A DNA stretch of 64,000 bases. Origin: Phaeosaccion multiseriatum. Its lineage: Eukaryota; Protista; Ochrophyta, other classes. Under the pieces are notes generated by a model. It searched no databases. It was not told the origin of the DNA and saw only the letters and a list, made by a program, of their open reading frames with translations. The stretch lies in assembly GCA_965112735.1 (NCBI GenBank), contig OZ218958.1, positions 2,976,001 to 3,040,000 of the forward strand, given 5' to 3'. Shown one piece after another: positions 21,023 to 33,652 of the stretch. How positions within the stretch are numbered: the first letter of the stretch is position 1; each line of letters begins with the position of its first letter. The position numbers were made by a program, and so were the translations under genes.

Positions 21023-22657
21023 ATGGAAGAAAGCCATGAAGAGACTGGTGGAGCGGGGGGAAATTTGCCAGAGCGCACCAGTCTCAGCAGCAGCGGGCCT
21101 GCGGCATTGAGGGTGGTTGCTGGCCGTGTTTCGAACAAGGCTCTGTGGGGCGTATGCAAGGAGGTCGACAAGTTAACCTCCCGCGCTTTGGTGATCAACG
21201 CCGACATGCCCCAAGCTGTCCAGTCGCGTGTGCTGAGTATGCTGAAGCAGCAGCAGCAGCGGGAGCGCGAGGAGTCTCAACGCCTTGCTGCGGCTTCCTC
21301 TCCTCGTCCCGCCTCCATGCAGGGAAGACATGCCGGGGAAGGGCTTCGAAGGTCAGGGAGGATTAGGGCGAGGCAGCCAGACCATGGTATGGCGGGCTCC
21401 TTTCGCGTCAAGGCGGTGCGCCTCGGCATCCAACGCCAAGACGCTGACGAGCTGACTCCTGCTGATACGGCTCTTGCTCTCAAAGTGTTGGCACTGCTGC
21501 CACTCTTGGTCAAGCGTGTGTGGTTTTCGGAGTTCTTCGATGCGTGCCGCGTTGCTGTACCGAGCGCCGTGGAGGAGGTGGAGTTTTCAAGCCTCTCAAG
21601 GTTCAACAGGCCAGTCGTTCTCCCCCCCTCGCTGAAGAAGGTCACTTTTGGAAATTATTTCGATCAAGCTGATTTGGTGTTACCAAGCTCTCTGGAGGAG
21701 CTGGAATTTGTATGGAACTCATTGTTCAACAGGCCAATCGTTCTTCCCCCCTCGCTGAAGAAGGTCATTTTTGGAGAAGACTTCGATCAGGCTGGTTTGG
21801 TGCTACCAAGGTCTCTGGAGGAGCTGGAGTTTGCATGGAACTCAAGGTTCAACAGGCCAATCGCTCTCCCTTCCTCCCTGAAGAAGGTCACTTTTGGAGA
21901 ACACTTCGATCAGGCTGATTTGGTGCTACCAAACTCTCTGGAGGTGCTGGAGTTTTCAGAGGAGTCATTGTTCGACAGGCCCATCGTTCTCCCTTCCTCG
22001 CTGAAGAAGGTCACTTTTGGAAGAGACTTCGATCAGGCTGATTTGGTGCTACCAAGCTCTCTGGAGGAGCTGGATTTTGTATGGAACTCATTGTTCAACA
22101 GGCCAATCGTTCTTCCCCCCTCGCTGAAGAAGGTCGCTTTTGGAGAACACTTCGATCATGCTGATTTGGTGCTACCAAGCTCTCTGGAGGTGCTGGAGTT
22201 TTCAGAGGAGTCATTGTTCGACAGGCCTATCGTTCTCCCTTCCTCGCTGAAGAAGGTCACTTTTGGAAGAGACTTCGATCAGGCTGATTTGGTGCTACCA
22301 AGCTCTCTGGAGGTGCTGGAGTTTTCATGGGACTCAAGCTTCAACAGGCCAATCGTTCTTCCCCCGTCGCTGAAGGAGGTCACTTTTGGAGGTGGATTTA
22401 ATCAGCATGTGGTCCTTCCCAATGGTGTGGAGGAGGTGGAAATGGGGCGTGACTTTAACCTCCCCCTGGACCTCCCTCCCTCTCTGCGGGCTCTTACACT
22501 GAGTCCTGTATACTCCTGCCCTCTTCCGAGCCTACCTGCTGGGCTGAAGAAGCTTACGGTGGGGGTGGGGTACCCGCTGCCTGCAGATCTACCCGAGGGG
22601 CTTGAGGTACACCAACATCGCTTTGAAGGATTAATCACTACTTTTCAAGCCTACTAG
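21023..22657 (+). CDS. FNIP-repeat protein copy 4, 544 aa
   Basis: Intact ORF with 7 units and internally duplicated cassettes. Confidence 0.9.
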   Translation: MEESHEETGGAGGNLPERTSLSSSGPAALRVVAGRVSNKALWGVCKEVDKLTSRALVINADMPQAVQSRVLSMLKQQQQREREESQRLAAASSPRPASMQGRHAGEGLRRSGRIRARQPDHGMAGSFRVKAVRLGIQRQDADELTPADTALALKVLALLPLLVKRVWFSEFFDACRVAVPSAVEEVEFSSLSRFNRPVVLPPSLKKVTFGNYFDQADLVLPSSLEELEFVWNSLFNRPIVLPPSLKKVIFGEDFDQAGLVLPRSLEELEFAWNSRFNRPIALPSSLKKVTFGEHFDQADLVLPNSLEVLEFSEESLFDRPIVLPSSLKKVTFGRDFDQADLVLPSSLEELDFVWNSLFNRPIVLPPSLKKVAFGEHFDHADLVLPSSLEVLEFSEESLFDRPIVLPSSLKKVTFGRDFDQADLVLPSSLEVLEFSWDSSFNRPIVLPPSLKEVTFGGGFNQHVVLPNGVEEVEMGRDFNLPLDLPPSLRALTLSPVYSCPLPSLPAGLKKLTVGVGYPLPADLPEGLEVHQHRFEGLITTFQAY

Positions 22658-23740
22658 AATGTCCCGTGCAGATTTCGACAGTGTAGCAACCGCATGGGTC
22701 CGCGGGAGCGGAGGCGAAAGTGAGCCCTGCCATCTTACCCCCCCCCCCCACCCCCTCCACTCCTCCCTTCGGCTGCGGTGCGAGAACCCAGTGCCTTCTT
22801 GGACTATCTCCCTCATCCACACTGCCTGCCTGCTCTCAGAGTGACTGCAGTCCCAAGCCTCGACTCGCCCACGCCAAGAGAGAGTCCACGAAGGCTGCCA
22901 CCGTCTGCCGCTGCCGCCACGTGAGGCGCGCCCTCTCTTCCTTGAGCACAAGGGCAATCTCCACGCTCGAAGCTTGACGCCGCTGCTATACCACCAACTG
23001 TCGCTGCTGGCGCCGGGGCTGACTGTGCTGGAGGCTGTTTGCCGCAGCGGTGCCCTCAGTGGCAGCAGACGGGGCGACGGAGAGGAGCGTCACCAGCAGC
23101 AGAATAGGGGCGGCGTCGTCCTCGTCTTGCTCGCCGTCCCCGTCCGGGCCTCCCTCAGCCTCGCCATTGCCCGCACCAGCATCAGGGCCACGCGCACCCG
23201 CACCATCGTCCCCTCCTCTCCAAGCCGCCACCGCCGCCGTTGTTGTACCACCAACTGCTAGTGGTGCTTGAGGCTGCCCAATGTACACACCTGCCACTGT
23301 GCCCTTTTCCCAAGCGGGATTGCACGTTGGTGATACAGCAAATGGTGCGAGCCCACCCTCGACGGTCAGCTCCTCCTCCTCTGACTCTTTGCTCTCTCAG
23401 AGGAGCCGCAGCAAACAGTGCTACGGGGCGCTCTCCCTCCAACACCTACACCCATCCACCGAGCCACATACACATGGACGGTGCGCGGCTCCAAAACATC
23501 GTGCGACCACACCCCAAACCGAAAGAGGACGAGACTGAGTCAAGCACGCCTCCCCCACCCCGCCGGGCAGCAGGAGTAGAAGCAGGAGCAGGATCAGGAT
23601 CAGGATCAGGATCGGGATCAGGATCAGGAGCAGGATCAGGAACCGGAGCAAGGCTCGCTCCGTCAGAGGCTCGCCTTGCATCTAGCGTCCAACGCTGGAA
23701 GCGGCACTGGCTGTAACTGTTTTGAAACTGTTCAAGTCCG

Positions 23741-24456
23741 TCACCAGGGGGGGCGAGTCATGGACATGGTGGCTTGTCCGGCGTCCACCGCTCCGACGGC
23801 GGCCTTCTTGAGACGCAACCCTCGCCCCACAAAGAGAGACCCGGCCACAGACAGGGTGGAGTCAGCCTGTGACATCACAGGTATTGCACACAAGAGTAAG
23901 TCAAGCGTAGAGCCGTAGAGTGTAGCATGATAGCGTTTAGGTTAGAGCCACACACACGTGCACACACACACACGCGCGCGCGCGCGCTCGCACATTGGTG
24001 TGGTACTCAGTCAGCCAGTCAGTTGGTCAAGTCAGTCAGTCAGTCAGTCAGTCAGTCAGTGGCTGAGTAATTCAGTTGGTGGCTGAGTCAGTCAGTCAGT
24101 CAGTCAGTCAGTCAGTCAGTCAGTCAGTCAGTGGCTGAGTAATTCAGTTGGTAGCTGAGTCAGTCAGTGCGTCACCAGACAGGGAGGTACACATTTGGAC
24201 CGGTAGATAGGCCAATGGAGGGAGAGAGAGGTGGGGGGGGGGGGGGTGGACTGGCAGGCACAGAACCACACAAGAGGATGTGTACTGTGGAGGCACTCAC
24301 ATAGGCCTGAGGTGTCCACTTGTTGGCCTTCGTAGCGCCACTGCTGGCAGGGTCGGTTGCTCCCTCTGCAAAGGGAGAACCGAGGGGCGTGAGGGGGGTG
24401 GGTGGGTGGGTGTACTTGTCACAAGCAGGTTCAGCTCGGTGGACTTGCACAGGGAA

Positions 24457-24495
<39 letters not shown>

Positions 24496-27400
24496 CAGAC
24501 AGAGAGAGAGAGAGAGGACCAGGCCGGGCCAGGCCAGGCCACCAGATCAAACGAGTGGGAAAGAGGAGTCCGTGAGCGTATTTGGCTTGGCCTCTTGGCC
24601 CTCCATGCTCTCCTCTCCTCTCCCTCGTGTTTGTTGTTCTACTCATCTCTCCTCGTGCTTGTTGCTGCTTACCTTGGGCAGCGTCCCCAGGGGGGAGGTT
24701 GGTCTTGTGCCAGAGGGTGGCGTCGTAGGGCATCTCTCCCCTGTTGCGGGGGGTGGGCGAGGGGTTGGGTGAGGTATGGCCAGGTGTGGAGCAACGACAG
24801 AAACCCAGCGCACACGCACACACGCACACACGCACACACGTACACACACAAGCAAGTAGGACCTTCCGTGAAACAAGTTGTGAAGTCCACACACTACAAC
24901 TTCCTCCACTCCCCCCCTCTCTCCCTTCGTCCCTCCCTCCCTCCCTCTCTGGCCCATGTCCCTCTCACTCACCCTCTTCCGCTGTTGATGAACTGCGTCA
25001 GAGGCGACGGCGGGCGATTGCCCCACTCCATCGTCGCGGAGAAAGTCTCTCCGAGCCCCACCGTCTCCGGAGAGTATCCGGTCTGTTGCAGCCTCCGCCT
25101 CAGGTCCTGACGCACCGGAGGGGAGAGCCGTATTCGGGGAGAGAGATAGGGAGTGGGCGAGGGGAGGGAGGGAGGGAGGGAGGGAGGAAGGGAGGGAGGG
25201 AGGAAGGGAGGGAGGGAGGAAGGGAGGGAGGGAGGAAGGGAGGGAGGGAGGAAGGGAGGGAGGGAGGAAGGGAGGGAGGGAGGGAGGGAGGGAGGGAGGG
25301 AGGGAGGGAGGGAAAATCTGTCCTTAGACCTCTGTGAGTGCGTGAGCGTCCTCCTTACGTAAGCATGCGTGTGTACCTGCATGCTTCCCGACGAGGAGGG
25401 GGTGCCCCGGGTGGTGACGAGCTTACCCCTGGCTGTCTGTGTGTGTGCGTGCGTGTGCTGCGTGTGCCCTCCACGCCGAGAGGCTGCATACACACAGAGC
25501 AGGGAAGGGTGGAGGGGGGCGTCAGGGCCACGCGCGCAAGCCCGTAGGCATTGGGTAAGCCGGCAGGCAAGAAGAGGGCACAATCTTACACCTTGATGCG
25601 CTGTAAGAACAGGAGTGTATACAGCATACACATGCTCTGATATGCTCTGCGGCTGAAAGTGAGGGCCCTCTCCCCCCCCTCCTATACACAGTCTGCCTGG
25701 ACAGTTTCAGTTTTCATTTCAGTTTCAGAGTCATATGCTTGGGTACAGTACTCACTTTGCCTGGAGGAGGCGGCGGTGTAGTCAGACTGCATCCGACGGA
25801 GCTCTCTGTGAAGTGCCATCTGTGTAACCGCCTCCTCCGCGATGGTGTCTGGGGAGGGGGAAGAGGGGGAGGAGGGAGGCAGAACCCAAACCAAGACAAA
25901 GCGCACACACACACACACACACATATATTCGAGGAGAGTTGGGGGCATAGAGGTGAGGTGTACGGGAATTAAGACTTTTAATGCTGACCAGTGGGCAACA
26001 ACAACGGCTACCCACCACCACCACCACCACCAACGCCACCATTGGTTGCCATCCCACCCCCTCTCTCACCGTCCTTGGCCACGACGTCTCTCTTGAGCTT
26101 GAGCACTCCCTCCTTGGTGAGGACCATCTCCTCGTGCTGCGCATCCATCTCCCCCCTGAGGGCCGCGTTCACCTTCTTCTGCGCCGTCAGCTCCACGTCC
26201 TTCAGCTGGGAGTGAATGAGTGAGTGAGTGCGTGTGTGGGTGCGCGGGTGGGGTGGATGGGTGTGTGCGTGGGTGCGTGGGTGGGTGGGTGGGTGGGTAG
26301 GTGGATGTGTTTCGAAAGGCGTATTTCCCCATTTGGTTGAGTTCATTGTGAGCGAAGGGGCATGACGAGAGGAAGGGGGGGAGGTGACAAGAGAGGATTG
26401 CCTGCCTTCGGTGGCATGACACATTTCTATGCGAGCATAGGTAAGCTTCCGTCACTACTCAAGTCAACCCGCGTTGAGATGGCGTGCATGGTATGTCTCC
26501 ATCCATGCCTCTGCTCCTGTGCTGACAGGGGTGGGTGAGGCCAAAAGGCACACGCAGTACTTCCCCTGAGCTTCGCCTCCATGTCCCGCACACGTGCCTC
26601 GGCCTCTAACCACTTGGTCTCTGCATCCTGCACAGTTTGATTCTAAAGGAAGGGATAAGAGAGGAGGAGTAGGAGGAGGAGGAGGAGGACGTGAGAAGAG
26701 CTCAATATGTTCGAGCAGAGGGAGGGAGCAAGCAGGACAGAGAGCGCAGCGCATTAAGTGTTCGAGTCGTTGGGGACACAAACAATGAGCGCATGTGCTC
26801 CATGAAACGCCTTGCAATACACCAAAGCGTGTCACCCCCGCTCGTCCCTTCCCCTCTCACACCCTCTCTTTCGGTCCTGTTCCTCTCTCACTCACTCACG
26901 CACTCAATCACTCACCGCCTCCCTCCTTCCCTCCTTCCCTCCCTCCCTCCTTCCCTCCCTCCCTCCGTCCGTCCCCTGTCCTGTCCTGCCACCTACCGCC
27001 TCCTTGCCCTGAAGCATGAGTTGGTCCGTCCGATGGAGGTCCTGCAGCCGCATGCTCCTCTCCTGCAGCCACCGCTCCACACTAAGCTTAGCCTTGCCTT
27101 CGAGCTTGGTGCGGTGCTCCAGCAGCCCCCCAAGGTCGTGCTTCAGCGTCGATATCTGTGAGGGCCGGGAGGTCCAGCGGAAGGGAAGGGGGGGGGGGGT
27201 GAATGAGGACAAGGGAGGCCTTACACAGCCAAGCTCCTATCGGCCATCTCTCTCGTAAGGGTTGACGACGGAGGATTCTTCGCACAGACAAACAGATCTG
27301 GAGGCATATGGGGGGCACACACAGAGAGACAGACAGACAGATAGAGAGGCACATGCGGAGACGGGCAGACAGACAGACAGACACAAAACAGATGGGATGG

Positions 27401-28522
27401 AAAATTGAAGGCATTGGCTAAGCACCCACCTCGTGCTCCATGAGGCGCATGCGCTTCTTCTGCCCCTCCCTGGCCACGTTCTCGATCTTCGCGGCCTTGT
27501 CGTAGCGAGCCACCTTGGCGAGGGCTTGCACATGCTGTGGGGAGAGGGGAGGGGGGGGGGGTTGAGGAGAGACAAGTTGAGGACGAGAAAAGATAAATAC
27601 GTGGTGCGGAGAGAAAGAGTGAGAGGGGAGGGAGGGAGTGAAAATGGGTGCGGGGAAAGAGAGGATGAGAAGAGAGAGAGGATATGGTGACCTGCAGAGA
27701 GAGAGTATGAGAGGGGAGTGCAAAGAAGAGTGAAAAGAAGAGTGTAGCACCCTTGTGCGCGAGCAATGGGATGCATGTACGCGTACCCACCTCAGATTTC
27801 AGTACCGATAGGCTCTCCTCGAGCGCGTCTGCCCTCCGAACACTTTGGCTCAGCTTCGCTCGCACGGCCTCCTGCACCGAGCGGGTTGAGAGATGGGTAG
27901 ACGCAGAAGCAAGCACAGAATGGATGGATGGTCGGATAACATCAGAGTGACTGGCTCCTAACCCAAAAGGATGATGAAGCTCGCCCGAAAGAGAGCGAGC
28001 GCCAGAGCGAGAGGAGCGCGAGGGGCCCCACTCCACCTTGGTGCTTTTCCGTACCGCTTCTTGATCGAGGTCAGCGCTCTTGTACACCTTGATGTCGCGC
28101 TCCTGAGCTTCGTAATCCTCCTAGAAAGAGGAGAGAATGGAGAGGGAAAGGCAAGAAAGGGTTGGGGAGGAGGAGGGAGGGGAGGAGAGGACAATACAAG
28201 GGGACCAGCCAAGAGAAGAGAGTAGACTGGATGATGAGGCAGGATGTATAGGGAAGGAGAAGGGGGGTAGTAGGAACCATCCTGATGTGTCTGCTTTGCC
28301 CGTGAACCAAGAAACAAAGCCCAGTCTCCCTGAGCTTCTCCTTCGGCCTTCGGTGCTCGAGCCATCGCCACTCGCGTCTATGCTATGTATATTGATATCG
28401 TATATTTCTCGCGCCCCTCTTTACTAATTACGACCCACCTGCAAGCGCTTGTACTTTGTCTCCACCTTCTCCAGCTCCTCCAGCCTCTTTCGGAGACGGC
28501 CCAGGTCCGCCTTGGTAGCCAT
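23741..28522 (-). CDS. Multi-exon coiled-coil protein, copy 2 (one donor site altered)
   Basis: Exons match copy 1. The donor after EAKLR reads GGAAGT instead of GTGAGG (~26560). Confidence 0.55.
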
Positions 28523-28730
28523 TCCTGCCGCCTGCCTATTGCAGCCCCATCACAGACGGGCTCAAGATCGGCTCAATCAAGAAGGGTCACAGTTTCAGGA
28601 TTCCCAACTGTGATTGGACAACCACACACTCACTCGATGCCAATGCGGGAGGTTTGATCGTCCGCCGCTGATTCCCTCCATCTCGCTCTCCGAGCACGAG
28701 AGGCCATACACATACACTGCTTCTGGCTCA

Positions 28731-30178
28731 TCAGTCCTCGCAGTCGCAGGGGTGCCCATTGGCATGCACCCACTGCTTGATCTCCTCAAAGACACTGCCC
28801 CTGACGTCCCACTGTCCACCTGCGTCCTCATCCTCTCTCCTGATGGCCTCTGGACAGACACTCTCGTCCCACGGACAGCCCACCTCTTCTGAGCGGAGCC
28901 ACTGCAGCATTTCCAGGCTCTTGCTGTATTTAACTGCATATCTGCAAGCGTCAGGGGTCCAATCACAAAGCTCACTCGCATTGGCATGCAGCCACCGCAG
29001 AGCGTCAAAACGGCCGAAAATGGCAGCAGTCAGAGCTCCCCTCCTCCACGAACTGCCCTCCTCCGCTCCCTCCAGCTCAGCCCTGACCTTGGGACTGTTC
29101 AGCAGCCATGCCAGCGCAGAGAGGTGCCCATTCTTAACAGCAGAGATCCAATTCCAGTGCTGAAAGGGCGCATTCACGTCATCCGACAGAAGCCACTCCA
29201 TCAGTTGCAAGTCCCCCCTCCGCGCAGCAGCATCGCAGACCCTCCAATCCCACGGGCATATCCCCTCCTTGCTGTCAGCCGAGTCCTCTGAGCGCAGCCA
29301 CTTGAGCACACGCAGGCTGTGCTGCTCGTTTCTCGATGCCGATTCGCACACCTCCTCATCCCAGGCACAGCCCATGTGATGGAGGGCCTTGCACATGCCC
29401 ACATCTCCATACTGAGCAGCAGCCCTGAACGTTTCGACTGTAAGCTCGTAGCCGTGCCTCCTGGCCCAGTGCACACGATCGATGGAGGCAACTACACTTG
29501 CTTGGCTCGTCGTGGCTGCGTACTCCACAATGTAGTACCCCCGCCACTCCTTGCACACCGTCGCCACGAAAGCGTACTCCCCCTTTCCCACGAGCTCCAT
29601 CACCTTTGCATACACTTCCTCCATACCAAAGGCGCTTGCACAGGCGCCCGAGCCAGGAAGGGGAAGTCGATGAGAGGTAGCACGTCCGCCATCTCCACTC
29701 TCTCCTCCGGAGGTCGAACGTCGCCGCTTGCTTCCCCCCCTCCTCTCTCTCCCTGCCTTTCCCTCCTCTACCTCAGCGTCCGGATTGTGGGGGCCGCGGC
29801 TTCTGGGCGCTGCTGAGGGTTGTACTTCGAGGCGGAGGAGGATCAGCTCCTTCTCTCTCTCTGTTGTTTCATCTCGCGTACCTTCCTTTTCTGAGACTTC
29901 TTCTTCACCTCGCGTACCCTCTCGTCCCTCTCGTGAGCCTTCTCTTTCGCCTTCTCGTCCCTCTCGTGAGCCTTCTCCTCTCTCAGCTGCTTCTTCTCCT
30001 CTCTCAAAGCTTGGAGGTGCATCAGCAGCTCCTTCCTCACCCCCTCCCTCTCACCATCCGCTGTTGACGTTGCTCCTCCCAAGCTCAGCCCCAGGTAGCT
30101 GCCCTGCGCGCTCAACGCCTGCTCCACTGCCTCCTCCTTCCTGCTCACTGCTGCGAGACTTGCATGTATGTCCTCCAT
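28731..30178 (-). pseudogene. Ankyrin-like repeat protein, subtype B2, frameshifted
   Basis: The frame from ATG 30178 stops at 29843 after a deletion near 29860. The rest (ORF 28731-29624) matches B1. Confidence 0.8.
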
Positions 30179-30277
30179 GTTGGAATCGTAAGAAAAAAGG
30201 CCGATTGTTGTTAATGGCCCTTGCTTCCAGCCCTCCTCGGAGCTGTGAGCCCTCAACGAATCTAGCACCAACACATC

Positions 30278-33200
30278 TGCAGGACGGCCTTGAAATGTGC
30301 TCCACACGGACACCAGACCGGGAGCGGCAGCAGCCCACAGCGAGACCCGCAAGGAGCGACACTACAGGGGCACCTACGACCGAGAGCGTGTTCGCCTCTC
30401 CACCTTCGCCATCGAGACCCACGGTCGACTCGGTGCACAGGCGCAATCGCTCCTACACGCACTCGCCGAGCACGTGGTCTCCCGCACGGGCCGCACTGGC
30501 TCCTCCACCACCAAGGGCCACGTCCTGACCAGACTTCGCCGTCTCATCAGCTACAGCCACCAGATGTGGCTCTCGGAGCGAGAGCGCGCCTTCCTGGGTC
30601 GGCTCAACCGCGGAGCCGGTCCTGCACACTCGCTCTTAGAGGGGGAGAACCGGCCCCTAAGATTCCCCCTAAGGCCTCAAAGCCAAATTTCAGTTTCTTA
30701 GGTGATTCCTATTAAGTCAACAAAGCCGCCGGGCCCTTGTATGTCAATTAACCCCGATAAATGTCAGTAGGACCGAAATTTTTTTGTTATTTTTTTGAAT
30801 CGGCTGGGGCACCTGAAGGAGGAGATGAATACTAGATATACGGACTATCCCAGACGAAGCGCTTGCGGAATCTTGAGGAAAACACAGTGAAATCGGGATT
30901 GGGCAGCTGAGAGCGTGCTCGCAGCAGCTTTGTGGCAAGAACTAGCGGGTGAGCGGCAAAGGTGCGTTTTTCTCCAACCTTGGTTTCGAGAGAGAGAGAG
31001 GACGGAGGGGGGTATACCCATAGAGATAAGCCGTGGGCAAGATAGGATCTCTTCTCCAGGAGTATGCGAAACTTTTCATATGCGTCGTATGCTCTTCCGC
31101 CTCCAGCTCGTCGGCACTTTTGCCCCTGAAGTTAGGGTACTCCACCCTCACAGTTGGATGTCTCTGAGACGTGGACGCTGCTCTATTCTACCGATTTTCA
31201 GGGCCCATCAGGGCGTCATCTCGTCCAAAGGACACGTCTGATGACCCCCGTACCGCCGCTGTCCATGGGCGGAGGGCAAGAGGTCTATCGCAGGTCGTCA
31301 CCCGAGGTGGCCGAAAAGGTGAGGGCGCACGAGAGGGGGAGAGGGCGTGAGATGGAAGGCTTCGCCTGGCAGTTACGAGCGGGGCAAGAGGGATCAACAT
31401 CACTCATATATAGCCTGGCTTGTGACCAAGTTTTAGCTTCAAAGGTCATAATCCCATGTGCACAATCGCATACGTGTACTCCCCTCTCTTTTGCCTTTGA
31501 AGGGCCCTTTTTGTGAGGTCATGAGCGGCCGATCCCACACCCCGTCAGAGCATCGTTCTTGCTTAAGGGGCGCTATACTAACTCCCCTGCCCCCTGTTAT
31601 TGCGGGACGTGGGTGGTGGGGCTATCGAGGGGACTTCGACATCTTCCCCCGATGTCACTGCATAGGTGGGGAAGTATGAGGCTGGAGAGGAAAGGGAATG
31701 GAACCTTCCCGGCGGAGTCAAGGGCGACACAAGGTGTGTTGTGGCATCTAGTGTGTGAGCTGTCAGATGTCGAACTTTCAGCTTCAGCGAGCTTAACAAG
31801 ACATGGGAAATCACCACTATGTTTACCTCCCTTATTTTGGCCCCTGTGGTTAGGTCATCACGAGGGGTATTACCGGGGCAGGAGAACGACTGCGGCAACC
31901 ATCTTGCCTCACTACAGGGAGCTAAAGGGGAAGGAGTAAGGATTTCACGAGCAGCAGTGGCAAGACGAGCGGGGGGATGAGAAACAGGCGTCCAGATAGG
32001 AGTCAAGCTTATCCGCCTCGTCGTCCACCCAGGAGACGCCGTTGCTGCAAGATCATCTGCAGCTCCTCTTGGCTACTGCGGATGAGCGTGCTCGTACTCT
32101 AGCCTCCCAGCCACGAGTGAGAGAAGCTCAATCAAGCGGCAGCTGGGTGCGCCATCGGCAGCCGAGGCGGCCGTGGGAGCTGAGCCGGAGAAGGGGGGGG
32201 AGGTAGCGTGCTGTTGCTGTGGGTGGTGGTGCTCGTCGTGGCACATGGTCGAGAAGCGATTGTGACTCAGGGGCGACAGGGCGATGAGCCGCAAGGCCAT
32301 ACTCAAGTCGCTGACCGCTCTGTATGCAGAGAAAGTGGGGTGGAGGCCGTGGCAGGGGGGTTAGGAGCTGCCAGAGGAGGGCTTGGCGGGCTACAGAGAC
32401 GGATTTCGCAGGTAAGACGGAGCCTCGTGCAGCATCTATAGTAGTAGTAGCCGTAGCAGCACCGATAAGGGGAGGAGGGGCAGTGTGTGTACAGTTGGAG
32501 CTGCCCATCCGTGAAATTGGGTTAAAATGACGAATATACACATAGATAGCGTTGTAAATCGCATCCTCGCCAAGGAGAGCATGTAAAGAGTACCAAATCG
32601 GCGCATGGTCATGAGGTATAGCCTCGCGTTGTATCTGGCCCATATCTATCGTCATACCCTCTCTTCCCCCTCGATCGAGGGTCAGGATGACGACGAAAAG
32701 GGGCCCTTCACACTTGTAAATTCTCTCCCTCACTCTGTAGCTCCTGAAAGGACACTTCGAGTTGCCCAGCACTCAGCAGACTATGTATCCCTCAAGTCTT
32801 CTCAAGGGTTTCATATATCGTGGTCTGCTGGTCGCACACGCTCCTCCCTCTCCTCACCATTTTTGAGGTGAAAACTGCTGCCATAAGTGTTTCCATCTCG
32901 CCTCACCCCTTCTGCTCCACAGCACCTGCAATCGCACTCTTAGCTGCTCAACGTCGACTTCCATATGTGGGTCGCAGTCTGCTCAAAGCTATTCCTCCCT
33001 CATGGGCTCTTGCTCGCACACGCTCTTCCCCCACTCCCCCCTTGTTTGAGGCCCAAATTCCCGCCAAAGCAACGGACATTTCAGCTCCACATGTTAGCCC
33101 ACTATCTCCTAAGACCGCGCTCCCAGCTTCACATCGGCTATTTGACTACATAATCCGTATTCAGCCCGAAGATTATCACCTCTTGTGTGAGCTACGCCTC

Positions 33201-33486
33201 TCTCTTTCTCCCTTGTTCAGGGGCAAAGATCTCGTCAACATAGCAGCACATTTCACCTCCTAAATCGCTCTATACAGACGAAACAATCAGACTTTAAGCT
33301 GCTCAACATCTATAATGCTGTCTTTGCCTCAGATCTCCCGAAGCTCTTCGCCTGTGGTGCTCTGTAGCGTGCGTAATACCTCTTTTCCTGAGCCCACTCA
33401 AAATGTTGAGTCTCCTGATTTTCTACTGACATTTATCGGGGTTAATTGACATACATACAAGGGTTTGGGCCGGCCCGGTGAAACAC
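30278..33486 (+). mobile_element. 5'-truncated CRE-like (RLE) non-LTR retroelement with a nested TIR element
   Basis: Absent from paralogous promoters and flanked by an ACACATC duplication (30271-30277, 33487-33493). ORF 30297-30701 reads GAAAAHSETRKERHY...FAIETHGRLGAQAQSLL, the typical RLE C-terminal pattern. Confidence 0.7.
30752..33441. mobile_element. 2.7-kb non-autonomous TIR element with TTAA flanks (piggyBac-like)
   Basis: TTAA|CCCCGATAAATGTCAGTAG ... CTACTGACATTTATCGGGG|TTAA (perfect 19-bp TIR); no recognisable transposase ORF inside. Confidence 0.8.
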
Positions 33487-33652
33487 ACACATCAACTCAG
33501 GACCCTTCCCCCCAATTCCCATTTCCCGATCAGTCGGTCTACACCACCCCGCCCCTTTTTTCGAAGTGACGCTGGAAAGGGGGAAGAAGAGGGAGAGTAC
33601 AATGAAGGGCACCACGTCGAAGGGAGGTGAAACGAAGGGGGGGGACGGCGTG

